A stretch of DNA of 63,269 nucleotides, the filler included, from Pelomyxa schiedti (taxonomy: Eukaryota > Protista > Evosea), in the NCBI GenBank assembly GCA_020536535.1. It is 7 parts of 7 records of this genome, joined end to end, with 100 filler letters (N's around TTAATTAATTAA, not from the genome) between each part and the next. Parts side by side here need not be neighbours in the genome. Positions count along the whole stretch, not along the records: positions 1 to 24,136 come from JAHLWZ010001055.1; positions 24,237 to 27,153 come from JAHLWZ010001857.1; positions 27,254 to 31,331 come from JAHLWZ010001644.1; positions 31,432 to 38,226 come from JAHLWZ010001395.1; 3 more parts are not named here. One strand, written 5' to 3'. Under the pieces are notes generated by a model, which was given only the letters and a program-made list of their open reading frames with translations, was not told the DNA's origin and did not search any database. A program made the position numbers and the translations under genes. Each line of letters begins with the position of its first letter. The first letter of the stretch is position 1. Positions 23,150 through 35,376 of the stretch are shown here, piece after piece.

Positions 23150-23950
23150 TTTTTTCATTCGTTCATTCGTTCATTCGTTCATTCAGTTCATACATCCAGA
23201 TGCAAACCAAGCAAAGATGCAATGCAACGCAACGCAATTGGGCGCCATGGTCAGTCATCATCAATGAATGCTGTCTTCTCTTCCAAAATCCAAAAAAAAA
23301 GAAATCAAAAGGAAAGCTTGCTTTTCAGCCATGGGAGATATCTATCTGTTTCAGTTTATCTTCTGTTCTGTTCCACAGTCTTCTTCTTCTTCCTCTTCAT
23401 CATCGTCGTCATCAGGATCGTCAACAGCTCAATTCTCCTCTTTCAATGATGCATGGTTCCCCACAGTCTTCTTCTTCTTCTTTTTCGTCATTGCCATCGC
23501 CGTCAGGCTCGTCACGTCATCAAATCATATCATCGCGCGAGTCATCAGTCAGAGGGGAAGAAAAAAAAAAAAAAAAAAACGTCAAGCCAAAAGGAAAGAT
23601 GTCAGTCGATTCAGAGATTCGATGCTTCTTCTTCTTCTTCCATCTCTGTTCTCTGTTCTCTGTCTCAAAGTCTTTGTCTTCTCAGCTCAGCTGACACACT
23701 GTCCCCTGCCTGAGAATTTCTGGGCTGGGCAGGGCAGGGCAGGGCAGGGCAGGGCTCCAAAAAACCAAAGCAAAAACCAAACGCCAGAGAGAGAGAGAGA
23801 GAGGAGCCAAGCAAGCACCAAAGAGAGAAAAACGCCAAAATGGATGTGATGGTTTGGCAAGAAGAGCAGCAGGGGTGTCACCAGGACATAGTGGATCCAA
23901 AAGAAGAAAACAATGATGATGATGATGATGATAGCTCTGATAAGCAAATC
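23150..23950. repeat. Simple-repeat-rich region: (ttcattcg)n, (gggca)n, (ag)n, (gat)n, (ctt)n, poly-A
   Basis: Directly visible tandem units. Confidence 0.85.
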
Positions 23951-24136
23951 ACTTGTTATCATCAGCAAATGGGGTAGTAGGTAGTCCATCAGGAATGTAT
24001 GTAAGTGATCATATATATGGTGGTGCTGTTGTTTTGTTAACATTTTGTTTGTTGATTTCTATTGAATAAGTGTGTGCAATGAAGGAGAGGAGAGCAAACC
24101 TCACTGACTGTGGCTGACCCACAAGCTGGATGAGAG

Positions 24137-24236
24137 NNNNNNNNNNNNNNNNNNNNNNNNNNNNNNNNNNNNNNNNNNNNTTAATTAATTAANNNNNNNN
24201 NNNNNNNNNNNNNNNNNNNNNNNNNNNNNNNNNNNN
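24137..24236. other. Artificial contig linker N44-TTAATTAATTAA-N44
   Basis: Palindromic 12-mer gives stops in all six frames; identical 100-nt structure occurs six times. Confidence 0.97.
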
Positions 24237-24470
24237 CCCCGAGACCCCTCCGCTCAGGGTCATCACCACCTCCCTGCAGCCGCCGCGCGCGACCACCCAC
24301 TCCCTGCCAAACTGCTCGACGAGCGACGGCGACGACGCGAGCAGCCTGGCCGGCGACTGTTGCCTCGTCGCCCTCGACGCGAGTGCGCCGCACGCGAACG
24401 CGACGAACTGGTCCGCGGCCGACGCGACGACTTCGATTAGGTATCGCGGGGGTGGTGGTGCCGATGGGGT
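24237..24470 (-). CDS. N-terminal fragment of a family paralog running into the contig end
   Basis: AADQFVAFACGALASRATRQQSPARLLASSPSLVEQFGREWV is nearly identical to the motif in 24582-25925. Confidence 0.7.
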
Positions 24471-24581
24471 AGGCTGAACTGCAGCAGTTTCCGGCGTGGT
24501 TTGGATCTGCATGCCGCGTGAATTACGATGTTTATGGGAAGCGTTCGTAGTTACTGCCGTTTGCGACGGAAAGTGTAGTGG

Positions 24582-25925
24582 GTGTATGTTTGGGATAGAG
24601 CTTGTCTGACTGGGCCGAGCCTTCACAATCAATACGTGTTCCTGGAATTTCCAGCGGTGTGGTCGCCCCCACGAGTAGCGCTCGACGTCGTGGTGTCAGC
24701 TGTTGACCAGTTCATCACGTTTGCATGTGGATCGCTTATTGCAAGGACGAGGGCGCAGTCGCCGGCCAGGCTCCTCGTTGCATCCCCCTCCATAATCGAG
24801 CAGTTTGGCAGGGAGTGGGTCGTGTGCTGCTGCAGGGAAGTGGTGTTCACAGTGAGTGGAGGGATAAAGGGCGGCACTGCGAGGGACCTGGACCACGAGG
24901 CACACGTGTGGATGCGGCTGTCACCGACCCTTGGTGTTGTCAGGTCTGGGGTCTTTGAGACGTTTGGGGAGTCAGACGGGGATAACAGGCTGGTTGGATT
25001 CATCGGTGAACCAGAAATACAACCAGGAGAATCGTCAGTGAGTGGCAAGGATCATCCAATTGGAACTGGCAAGGAAAGGATGGTGATGATGAGGAGAGTG
25101 GACGGCGGTGTTTTGGTTGACCTTGTGGATGGACGTGGCTCAGAGGTGAAGAACTTGTTCCCTGGTGATGGAACACTTGACCCAATAGTGGGGGGCTACA
25201 ATACACGTGTTTATTGCAACAGAAGGTGGATTGTGCTGATGAACTATAAGGAGATCAGGTTGTGGAATACAACTCACTCCGAAGCACTCTCACAGATAGA
25301 GCTGGATTGCCAATGCACCCTGGGAGTTACATTCTGCAAGAAAGATCCTGATGTGTTGCTTGTGGTACATACTGACTTCCTGAAAGGCTCTGTCCTGTGG
25401 CACATTGATTTAAAAGAGAGCTTCCAACAGAGTTCCATTGTGCTCAAGAAGGAGCCAGTGCCTCTCCCACTAGCTCTTAATCAAGCCACAATTGTGCTTG
25501 GTGGTGATCCCATCTGTGTGTTTTCACAGGGAGACACAAGCCAGTGCCAGCACATGCACAACACCAGCACCAATAGTACATTGGACATTCAAGGCAGTCT
25601 GCACGTAGTAGGTACCAACACCCTTGCACTGGGAAGATGTCTGAAGCTCTTCACCCGCACATCTACATCTGAGTTCCAGGTGTTCAACACCTCAGACATC
25701 AATACACCTCTCATTGTATTTCCTTTTGAGAGGCAAATCCCATGTTCCACAGCCACAGCAGATTCCGGCTCCATCACTACCGTCACGATGCTGTTGCCTT
25801 GTGGGATTGTGGTGTGGGAGTGCACAGTGCCTCCAAAATCAGCCACAATGACGGTGGCAGCGAGGTACATGATAACTGATGCTGAGACTGACACTCTTGT
25901 GGCTTTCATGACCTACCACAGGTAG
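24582..25925 (+). CDS. Intronless lineage-specific family protein (N-terminal motif plus beta-rich, propeller-like body)
   Basis: 447-aa ORF; clear paralog of 26257-27153, with looser similarity to 28747-30045 and 62323-63269. Confidence 0.8.
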   Translation: MYVWDRACLTGPSLHNQYVFLEFPAVWSPPRVALDVVVSAVDQFITFACGSLIARTRAQSPARLLVASPSIIEQFGREWVVCCCREVVFTVSGGIKGGTARDLDHEAHVWMRLSPTLGVVRSGVFETFGESDGDNRLVGFIGEPEIQPGESSVSGKDHPIGTGKERMVMMRRVDGGVLVDLVDGRGSEVKNLFPGDGTLDPIVGGYNTRVYCNRRWIVLMNYKEIRLWNTTHSEALSQIELDCQCTLGVTFCKKDPDVLLVVHTDFLKGSVLWHIDLKESFQQSSIVLKKEPVPLPLALNQATIVLGGDPICVFSQGDTSQCQHMHNTSTNSTLDIQGSLHVVGTNTLALGRCLKLFTRTSTSEFQVFNTSDINTPLIVFPFERQIPCSTATADSGSITTVTMLLPCGIVVWECTVPPKSATMTVAARYMITDAETDTLVAFMTYHR

Positions 25926-26256
25926 ACAACCCAGGGTTAAAACCGTCCTGTTTGTGGTATTCAATGAAAGAAAAACACTTTTTCCTAACCTCAACCATAA
26001 GAGACAGCAGCCATTCCCATCCGCCACTGAATACTTGGAATTCATGAGAGGCAGGGCTTATAAGCGACATCACTATCCCCACAAACTCCACCAAATCAAT
26101 CACAATAAATACTTTGTTCCCTCCTTAATCTCGCTACGAACGTGTTCGTCACTCCCTGTGTGGCAGGTTGTTCTCTGACTGTGTTGATTGTGTGGTGCCA
26201 TTGTTCGTTCTGGTAATGGAACCACCAGGCATCGAAAAAACTCGTGGTCTCTGCTA

Positions 26257-27153
26257 TTATTGGTTGTATTTGATATCAGCCAAGAGGGTGTCAGTCAATG
26301 CATCAGTGATGGCGTACCTGGTAACCACTGAGTCTGAGGTGGGTGTGGGACACTCCCACACAACAACTCCACAAGGCAGCCAGTTAATGGCCTTCATAAC
26401 GCAAGCCACTGAGACTGGCCTCTGAAGAGGTACAGCAATGCAGGGTGTGTCGAGGTCACTGGTGTGGAACACCTTGAATTCAGTTGGGTGGCGTGTGTCA
26501 GGTGTGACTGCAATGAGGCTTCTGCCCAGTAACCTCACATTACCTTGAATGGTTCGAGTCATGTTGGTGCTGGTGTTGTGGATGCGATAAATTTGAGTGG
26601 TATCTCCTCGTGAAATTACACAGATTGGATCACCTCCGAGCACAGACTTGATCCTATTTCTGGGCAATGAGATAGGCACAGGATCCTTCTTGAAAACAAT
26701 AACTCCCTTGTTGAAGCTCTCTTTCAAATCAACGTGCCTCAGGAAAGGATCCGGCATGTCGGCCATGAGCAACACATCAGGATCATGCTCACAGAGTGCC
26801 ACTTCGAGATAGGGTTTATGGCCCAGCTTTATCTTTTTACAGCTGTCCTCAGTGAGCAACGGGTTGCGTTCACACTCTTCAGAGTCATTGCACAACCTGA
26901 GGCTCCACAGGATCATCTCGGCCGAGTTCAGCAGAACTATCCACCTGCTGTTGGAATAAACGGAGGTGCTGAACCACCTTGGGTTGGTCGTCCCATCGCC
27001 AGGGAACAGGTTCCTCACCACCGATCCCCTTCCATCCACAATGTCAATCAGCACGCCATTGTTCCTCGTCCTCGTCATCAGCAGCCTTTCCTTGCCAATT
27101 TCCATGTGACTTCCCCTTTCCGGTTGTATCCTCCTCGCCGTGGCTGGTGGCCC
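26257..27153 (-). CDS. C-terminal part of a family paralog, 5' end lost at the contig edge
   Basis: GKERLLM...VDGRGSVVRNLFPGDGT, LGGDPICV and LPCGVVVWEC match 24582-25925. Confidence 0.8.
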   Translation of the reverse strand, partial: GPPATARRIQPERGSHMEIGKERLLMTRTRNNGVLIDIVDGRGSVVRNLFPGDGTTNPRWFSTSVYSNSRWIVLLNSAEMILWSLRLCNDSEECERNPLLTEDSCKKIKLGHKPYLEVALCEHDPDVLLMADMPDPFLRHVDLKESFNKGVIVFKKDPVPISLPRNRIKSVLGGDPICVISRGDTTQIYRIHNTSTNMTRTIQGNVRLLGRSLIAVTPDTRHPTEFKVFHTSDLDTPCIAVPLQRPVSVACVMKAINWLPCGVVVWECPTPTSDSVVTRYAITDALTDTLLADIKYNQ

Positions 27154-27253
27154 NNNNNNNNNNNNNNNNNNNNNNNNNNNNNNNNNNNNNNNNNNNNTTA
27201 ATTAATTAANNNNNNNNNNNNNNNNNNNNNNNNNNNNNNNNNNNNNNNNNNNN
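27154..27253. other. Artificial contig linker
   Basis: N44-TTAATTAATTAA-N44. Confidence 0.97.
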
Positions 27254-28435
27254 TGTCTCACAAATTTCGCTGCAAGCACATTCAAGTTCACTCTGAGATG
27301 GCTTCACTAGTCCACTCACAATCAGGTGCCTTAAGGTCATCTCCTCCTTGATGACCAATCTTGCCCAAGTTGGTCGATGGTATTGCCAGTTCTCAGAGAA
27401 TTGCTTGACCAGATACTTGCACCCCTCAATTTTATCTTCTGATGTCTTTGGGCTGTTCAAAAGACCTCTAAGTATTGCTTCACTGGGGAAGTAATCATGC
27501 ACTTCCACCATTGGCCAGCACCAGTCTATAGCATCAAGGCACCCACTATCTGCTGCTCGTAATTGTGCTTCACGTCTGTCATTCCTTGTCATAAACCCCC
27601 AGTAAACCTGTTCCCGCAGCAGCTTGGCCACCTCAACATGGCCGCCTTTGAGTGCTGCAAGAAATGGTCCCCAGAGATCCCACTTCTGGAACCCAAACCT
27701 TGGCACCATCCATTTCACAACATCCAAGTGACCTGCCCTGCACACGCAGCTCAGGAGAGTCGATTGCACATTGGAATTGTAGTCCCACCTCAGGCTATCC
27801 CTCACCTCATCATTCCATGCCCAACAACTTGCAGCAGTGCCTGCATGAAGTGATTGTCCTGGATTGAGCACCAATTGTTGAGCAGCAAGTAGGTTGTTGC
27901 TGGAGCACAGGCCCCAAAGCACAGCCATGCTCTCTTTTTTGATGTTCCTTGACTTCCTGTGCTCCAGTACCCACCTCAAACACCTGGCCGTGCCCAATCC
28001 ACCACCACCGCCACTGCAATCACGCTGCTGCACCCCAGCGATGGCTGCACACTCCACTGCAAAGTACGATGACCTGTACTTCACTTGCCATGTGGCCCAG
28101 AAGTCCTTTGCGCCCTCATCCACCGCTACCCTGTCATCTCTCGTTTCAAGCACAACCGCACAAGCCTTTGCAACCAACGGGAACAGAGCCTCAGCCACGG
28201 TCATGATTTTCACGCACCTTTTCATCGTAAACTTGTGTTGGTTGTCTCCCCTCGTCGTCGTTATCCACTTTGGAACCACAACATGCTCCCACACCACTCG
28301 TGACACGTCAATCACTCGTCGTTCCTCTCGTTGTCGGTCCTGTTGTGGGTGTTTGTTTGAGTGAGTCAAAGACAAATGGTGTTTATAAAGACATACGGCA
28401 AGACCACTGCTTGGACAAGATCTCAGGGTCGACAT
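27254..28435 (-). CDS. Degenerate ankyrin-repeat-like protein, 3' end truncated
   Basis: CRAGHLDVVKWMV, ALKGGHVEVAKLL, AADSGCLDAIDW. Confidence 0.7.
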
Positions 28436-28746
28436 GGCTGTGAGAGCTGTCTTTTTTTTTATTTATGAAATATAAAATGGCATCTTGACGTCTTGGTTTG
28501 ATTCCCCTGTGAGCATGCCACAAAACACCATTTCCCTGCGGGAGAGTTTTCATTCCCGACGATGGCGTTGCCTGTGGCCACAAAATTTTTTGATCACCAA
28601 AAATGTAGATAAAAAAAACAAAGGCAGCGTGACTACTTCCCTGCCTCCTAGCTTTTCCTATTTTCCATGGGAGATGTGGCGAAGTGTGATGGTTCCCCTG
28701 CCCCCGGCAGGATGTCGAGAAATGAAACTCTTTCGGAGAAGACAAC

Positions 28747-30045
28747 ATGGGGCAACAACTGTCGCCGTTGACAACAACAGACACCGCACCAACTCAAACA
28801 ACAACAACCACGACTACAACGACGTCAGCCAAGTCACAAGCGATGGCAGTGTGTTCGTGCAGCGCGGCGAGGTGCTCCCAAAACTGCTGCCCGTCGTTCC
28901 GATTGTGGGTGCAGTCAACGAGCCTCGTGAGGCAGTTTGCCCGCGACTGGGTTCTCACGCCCGAGAGGGACGCCGTGTTCACGCTGCCCACTGTGGCACG
29001 GTGGCATCTGTATCTGAGTGTGAGTGTGTCACCAACACTTGGTGTTGTTGGGTGGTCTGTGTTCAGGTTCGATGACTCTGTGGTGTTTGGGTGTGTGGCA
29101 ACAAACAGGGTGCTCATCGGCCACGATCACTACTCGCACGTGACTCCGGACCTGTGGGTGGTGGATGTGTCGGAAGTGGATGATGTTGGTGTGTGTGATT
29201 CTGCCACGCTGGCGAGGGTTGTGTGGATGGCTGGGCTTGACATCGGTGCGATGTATGATGCATGCGGCAACAGGAAGTGGATTGTGGTGCTGCTTCCAGG
29301 TAACAGAGTAATGAAAGTTTGGAAGGTTGGAGGTGACATGGAATCGAAGAGAAGATCAGTGATTCTTCCAGGAACGACTCTGTCTGGGTCACTGGGATCC
29401 CCTGCTGTGGACATGGAGTTCTCACCCTGGTGTGATGACTGTATCCTGATGTTTTCATCACTGTTGGGGAAAACATCAATCCGAGTTGTTGACTTGGCTG
29501 CCAGCTTCGCTGCTGACTCGTTGATTTTCCGTGACACACTGGTCAGCAGCTGCCCTTACACAAGGAAAACAAGGGGCAGTGTGGTGTGGATGCCTGATGG
29601 GTGCTTGCGTTCATTGCTTCATTGCGGCTACTCATTCTACCTTGTGAATGCTGGTGATCAGGCACAGCAAAATCACCAGCAGCAGAAGCATTTGTTCCAA
29701 GATGGGAGTTCTGTGTTGGCAATGGGAAAGCATCACCTGTTCGCACAATCTCAGGTTTTATCCAGGAGTCACTCCTTCCAGGAGTTCAAGGTGTATCACA
29801 CTGGGAACCTCACAGCACCAACACTTTGCGTTGGTCCTTGCGCATGGGCATCCCCATGCGGAATAAATCGATCAGGGCTCATTCTTTCAACCACTCATGA
29901 CTTGAAATCCTGCAAGACACCATGTGTTGTGTTCTCACTTCACGATGGCATCAGCACTTTTCACTTGGGTGATTTTGCTGTGCCTCATCAGTTCTTTTTT
30001 GGTGAAAAAAAAAGCAACTCTGAGAGGTTACCTCCAAAGAGATGA
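28747..30045 (+). CDS. Intronless lineage-specific family protein
   Basis: 432-aa ORF with N-terminal AKSQAMAV...RQFARDWV, LSVSVSPTLGVV and CGNRKWIV as in paralogs. Confidence 0.8.
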   Translation: MGQQLSPLTTTDTAPTQTTTTTTTTTSAKSQAMAVCSCSAARCSQNCCPSFRLWVQSTSLVRQFARDWVLTPERDAVFTLPTVARWHLYLSVSVSPTLGVVGWSVFRFDDSVVFGCVATNRVLIGHDHYSHVTPDLWVVDVSEVDDVGVCDSATLARVVWMAGLDIGAMYDACGNRKWIVVLLPGNRVMKVWKVGGDMESKRRSVILPGTTLSGSLGSPAVDMEFSPWCDDCILMFSSLLGKTSIRVVDLAASFAADSLIFRDTLVSSCPYTRKTRGSVVWMPDGCLRSLLHCGYSFYLVNAGDQAQQNHQQQKHLFQDGSSVLAMGKHHLFAQSQVLSRSHSFQEFKVYHTGNLTAPTLCVGPCAWASPCGINRSGLILSTTHDLKSCKTPCVVFSLHDGISTFHLGDFAVPHQFFFGEKKSNSERLPPKR

Positions 30046-30229
30046 GTGGATGAAATTTCTTGAGCCACCAGTGACACACTCATCGGCATCAGATACTGTT
30101 TCCCAGGTTGTTCCCCACACAATCCTTGATGATGGACACCCCTTTCCCTTGTGGAAACTTGAAGACAGCATCCTTGATGATGGCCGGCGTTGTGCTGTTT
30201 ACAAGAAAACAATCAAAAATCAATCTTAA

Positions 30230-31017
30230 TCAAAAAAGACCCTGTCTGGCCAACCACAAGCGTGTGTCTGTGGGGAGTGTACAGGGGAAGTGTGCCTGGC
30301 AGTAGAGTGCTATCTCCTTGGCTGTGAGACCCAGGGTGCGAATAGAGTACTCAATGTGGCTGGGTGATGCTGAGACCGCCCTCATGCAGTGCTGTCTCAC
30401 AGTCTCTGCTGTAATCCCTGGGAATCGCTGCAGGAGCATCTTCCACGTTGATAGTCTCATTTCAGTTATCTGTGTCTCGCGGGAGGGGAAGTCTATATGT
30501 GATGACGATTGTTTCTCAAACATCAGCAACACCTGTTTGTTGTGAGTGAACTTGTTGAAGGAGAGAGCATTGTTGAGTGTCAGTCAACCTCAGGCAGAGT
30601 GACAGCGAAGTTTCTGATGAACCAATCAGCACAGCTTGTCTTGGATCCTCTGATCAATTGGAACAGCAAACTGTTGTTGTTTGCCTTGAGCTGCTGTGCT
30701 GTAAGGTTGTATTTACCAATCAGCCACTTCGCAGTTTTAGATGAATGAACAGTGACGAATCTGGTTGTCAAGCTTTCTGCCACTTGCGGGGGTGTGAACC
30801 GGCCAACAGCCAGCTGTTGTGCAGAAGAAATATCAGCCCTTGGCAATGAACGAAGCACTGCCTCCCACATCGTTCTGACATCAGGAGAATCATGGAGGTG
30901 GAAGTTATTCAACAAGAGGACTGCTCCACGGAAGTTGTCCAATGACACACAATGAGCAACTGCAGTTGTGACATCGCTCTCATTGTTAGCTTCTGTGGGC
31001 TCGAGAATAAGTCCCAC
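30230..31017 (-). CDS. 3' exons of a helical-repeat (degenerate ankyrin-like) family protein
   Basis: KTAKWLIGKYNLT, KTSCADWFIRNF, STWKMLLQRFPGITAETVR; two ORFs joined by a short intron. Confidence 0.6.
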
Positions 31018-31331
31018 AGAGGAAGAAAACGAGTGAGAGTGAAGAGAATAAAGAGTGTTCTCTTGTTTGTTTGGTTGTTGTTGTTGTAAGGGGGTAAAAA
31101 GGGAGTGTGTAAAATCTCGCAGAGCGGTTGTGCGATTGGGTTAAAAGGCTGCGATGTTCAAATGGATTCTCGGACAAGTGTGCATGTGATCAAAACCGCC
31201 TGCCACGTTGTTGTTGCTGTATTTGTGCGCCCAGCTGCGCTGTGCGCTGATCATTACCTTCGCTGTCTCATTCTGGTAATAGTCCAGATTCGGCTCAGTC
31301 CTCAGTCTCTCCAATCATCCCGCTAAAGTGC

Positions 31332-31431
31332 NNNNNNNNNNNNNNNNNNNNNNNNNNNNNNNNNNNNNNNNNNNNTTAATTAATTAANNNNNNNNNNNNN
31401 NNNNNNNNNNNNNNNNNNNNNNNNNNNNNNN
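31332..31431. other. Artificial contig linker
   Basis: N44-TTAATTAATTAA-N44. Confidence 0.97.
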
Positions 31432-31574
31432 GGTTGGGGGGGGGGATACTTCAAGAGGGAATTTTTCGACTGCAACTTGCCTGAAAAAAGACCCGTTAAT
31501 ATGATACTTATTTACTTGAAGTCAGCACATACATTGAAGGGTCAAGAGAAAGCGATTTATCGTATCGTGACAAG

Positions 31575-34500
31575 TCAGACATCTTTGAAAGTGGTGTCAT
31601 CTCCATCACGTTCGCTGCTTCTTCGGGCAGGGCGGATCCACCACCGTTTCTCCCTCTCCTTGAAGGAAAAACAATCAGAAAAAGGAGTCAGTGGGTGGGG
31701 TGACCGAGAAAAAAAGAGTGAGTGTGCGGGACACACCACACAAAGAACATAATGAGGCCGGCAGCACATCCAGCAATAAGTGGAACACCAAGTCCGACAC
31801 CAAGGCCGAGAGCAAGTCCCAGCATCCCTTTCTTCCCACCACCATCACTGCTGCTGCTCTGCTGACTCAAAAGAGTGTCAGAACTGTCCCCATTGCTCCC
31901 GGAAATTCCTGATGCAGACATTACTGTTGATTGGGATGAGCTCGATAGTGATGGATGAGAAGAGGACTGTGAAAGGGAGGGGTTGTTGCAATCGAACTGC
32001 GACAACAGCTGGAAGTAAATTGTGGGATTCGGAAGCCTCCCAACAATTTTCGGTGTTGGGGAGGAATAAGGATCAATTGCAAGAATGCAGTTGCTCGGTT
32101 GTGTGCCTTCCAGATAAGAGGCACTCACGAATCTAATTGGTGGGAAAAGTCTGGTGTTAGAACATGACGCTGCTAGGTATATGTGGTGGAGGAACATACA
32201 ATAAATTGGAGGAGCAGTCCATCGCAAGCCCACCAATGTCAGTGTAGCCTGTCAACGAGATGAGTGTTGAATAACTGCCGGTGAAGTTCACTCGGAGAAT
32301 TTGTTTGTGTGTTCTGTCAACCATGAAAATGGTCTTGCAATCCTTGGAAAGTGCCGCCTCAGACAGATCCTTTGGGCTCACGGAGCCAGACAGCGACATC
32401 GTGAATCTCAGTATCCACCCCTGCCCTTTCGGCTCCTCCCAGTATACCGCGTTCTTCGTCTCAGATGGCGCGTAGCTGGCGATCATGAAGCTTTCCGTGC
32501 AGTGCAACGTGACACCAGCCAAGGCCACCTGTCCGGCAAGAGGCTTTTGAAGATTTTGGTTCTGCGTGCCAGCACATTGAGAATAGGTGAAATCAACCAG
32601 ACCTGACTGTCTGAAGCTCGTTGTTTGATTCAACCAGGCGTGGCCGTAATCTCCAAACTGAACGAATGTGGAATTTGGTTCTGGCCTCCACTTGCATGTC
32701 TTGGTGGTTGTGACGTTATTGTCTTCGAAAGACACAGTGATTGTATCGATTGTGGTGCTCCATGAGGAATCACACTGTGGCAAGGGCATTCCAACAAGGA
32801 AGGCGTCAGGTATGTCTAAATCCGAACTTGATTCAGACTGCGTCTTTGAAGTTGACTGTGATTGAGTTGAATGTGATTGAGACTGAGATATGGAAGTGGA
32901 CAGGGAATGAGACTGCGAGGAGTACTGGGAATGGGGATGTGATGACTGGGATTGAGACTGAAGGAGGGATGTGGAATGGGAGTGTGACTGAGATGACGAC
33001 TGAGACTGAGACTGAGACTGCAATGAGTACTGAGATTGAGAGTGTGATGAAGACAGGGATGAAAACGAGGATTCTCCAGCTGGAGAGCAGTCGTTCTGAT
33101 ACATGAGCTGTGAAAATAGTTCCTCTGTTGGAATCGTTCTAAGCACAGTTTTATTGTAATGTATTTCCAAAAGATAGTTCCTCCCAGAGTCATCACTGAC
33201 ACTTTGAAATCTGATGAGATGTTAGTGGGCAACATGAAACAATCTAGTGCACGCACGCACGCACGCACGCACGCACACACATTGTATCTGTGTCACAGTT
33301 AACAGCCAGGCCTCCAACTGAATTCCATGACTCCAATGAAAAGAACTCCTCCATTCCAAAGGGAGCTATAGCACTTTGATATATTTTTTTATGTACCGCA
33401 TCAGTCAGAAATATTGTGCTGCAATCATTGGACATGGCAGTGTCAGTGAATACATTGTCCGCCTCTCGCAGTGGAAATACAAAACCAGTACTTTCCCAAT
33501 CACCACTGCTTCCTCTTCTGAACCATGTCATTGAGATGCCGGTGTTGTTGATGGCCACCCACACCCCTTTTTCGCAGGGAACATTTACAAGCCCCATTGC
33601 TTGCCCCGACACGCCAGGTGCCACATTTTCAGCGGTGCCACACGAGTCAAAGTTCTCAGCCAACAGTGCGTAATCCGCGGAAGAAGTGTTGACATAGGCC
33701 CAGCCAACATCGGAATATTCAACCGTGATTTCATCTGAGGATGTTGTCTCCCATGTGCATGACTCGATGAGATCGGTGTAGTTGCGTGAAAGGTGGACCC
33801 CAATTGATGATCGAGGTTGTGACACATCTGACTGGCGATTGATGCCGTACAGAACGAAATCTGGGTACGAGCTGCACTCCATCCACAGCTGCACTAACAG
33901 TTCTTTCATAGGAATGGTAACAACCGACAGGGGATTAAATCTATATACCCAAAGGACATACTCTCCTGACCTTTTGGCACTCTGGTACCTAGGTTGAGAA
34001 ACTGTAAGGTTTAAAAGAACTTAAAGTTAAAGTACACACAGGACATCAGTATTGCAGTCCCAAGCGATTCCGCCAATCTCCTCTGTGTATGCCAAACCCA
34101 CAGCAATCTTCATCGTCTGATCTTCTACATCAACTGCCACAATCGCCCTATAAGTCAAATCGGTCATATAAATGGTGCGGCAGTCAGTAGTAATAGCGGC
34201 ATCAGCGAATTCCGGTCCATATCCATTCGTTGTGCAGTTAAAAAAAGAATCCCAGCCCCCCTCATAATCCGGCCTGTACCACATCAGTATATATGGATTC
34301 GATGTGTCAGTGAAAGCCACCCAGGTCTCATCAAAACAATGGGCGTAAACAACCACCCTGGCCACGGGCGATTCCAGACCCCCGGGGTAACTAGGGCACC
34401 CATAATCGTCGCACGTTGTCGTTTCACAGGCGTCCACCGGGTACAGCCGGCCCACAGCCACGTCCGTCCCATTATTGAGATTCAGGCTGGCCCACCCCAC

Positions 34501-35130
34501 GCCCATGTCCACGGTCGCCAAGTCCGTGCCAACCAGAGTGAATTCCGGGTCCGTGGCGTCGACGTCGGGGGCCCACGTGCAGTAGAAGCCCACATCGGCG
34601 TACAGCTCGGCCACGTCAACGGTCAGCAGCGAGATCTTGACGTCGCCTTCGTCGCCGGTGGCCCCCGCCGCCTGCAGCGCGAAGATCTGAACCTCGTCGC
34701 CCGAGAGCGGCCTGGACGACGACGACTGCGACGAGGACGACTCGGACGACGACGAGAGCGAGTGCGACGATGACGACTCGGACGAGGAGGACAAGGACGA
34801 CGAGAGGGATGACGACGCGGAGGACGAAGCGGAAGAAGACAGGGAGGAGGACGCGGAGGACGAGAGGGAGGACGACAAGGAGGAGGAGAGGGAGGAGGAC
34901 AGCGACGAGGAGAGAGAGGACGACAAGGACGACGAGATGGAGGAGGATAGGGACGAGGAGGAGGAAGAGTACGAGGACTCGGAACCGGCTGCGGCTACGG
35001 GAGCAGGGCCAAGGGAAATGACCCCGGAAAGGGACAAGGAAATAGCGACCAGGAGGGACACAGGGACCCAAAATTGTGACCCCCCGCGAGGGTTGTGGTG
35101 TTGTTGTTGCTGTTGTTGTTGTGGCCGCAT
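31575..35130 (-). CDS. Type I membrane protein: signal peptide, three homologous Cys-patterned beta-rich extracellular modules with Ser-rich linkers, C-terminal TM helix
   Basis: Signal-like FWVPVSLLVAISLSLSGVISLG. Repeated A.s.DC.TI..tD...I...GG(I/L)A.(D/N)C. TM segment GLALGLGVGLGVPLIAGCAAGLIMFFVW. Confidence 0.8.
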
Positions 35131-35376
35131 GTGCGTAGAGGTACTACGCAACGACGTCGTTGTGTTGCCCACGGTTTTTTTGTTTGTTCGTTTGTGTAAG
35201 GGAAAGTTTGAGGCCCATTGCGAAAGTTCGTGCCTCTTCGATGACGATCAATACGAATTGCTCGAATTGATGAGTGAATCAGATTTAGAGGAAACGGAGC
35301 AAGTAAGGAAATGATGTTGTGTAGGTTATGCACAAACTGTTGCGTAGAGAGGGATCGAAGATACTAGTGGTTTGAA

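Noticed and set aside
23041-24043. Several 70-217 aa ORFs
   Set aside because: Low-complexity microsatellite translations without domain signal.
24181-24192. TTAATTAATTAA as a biological motif or PacI-type site
   Set aside because: Always centred in 44+44 Ns; synthetic linker.
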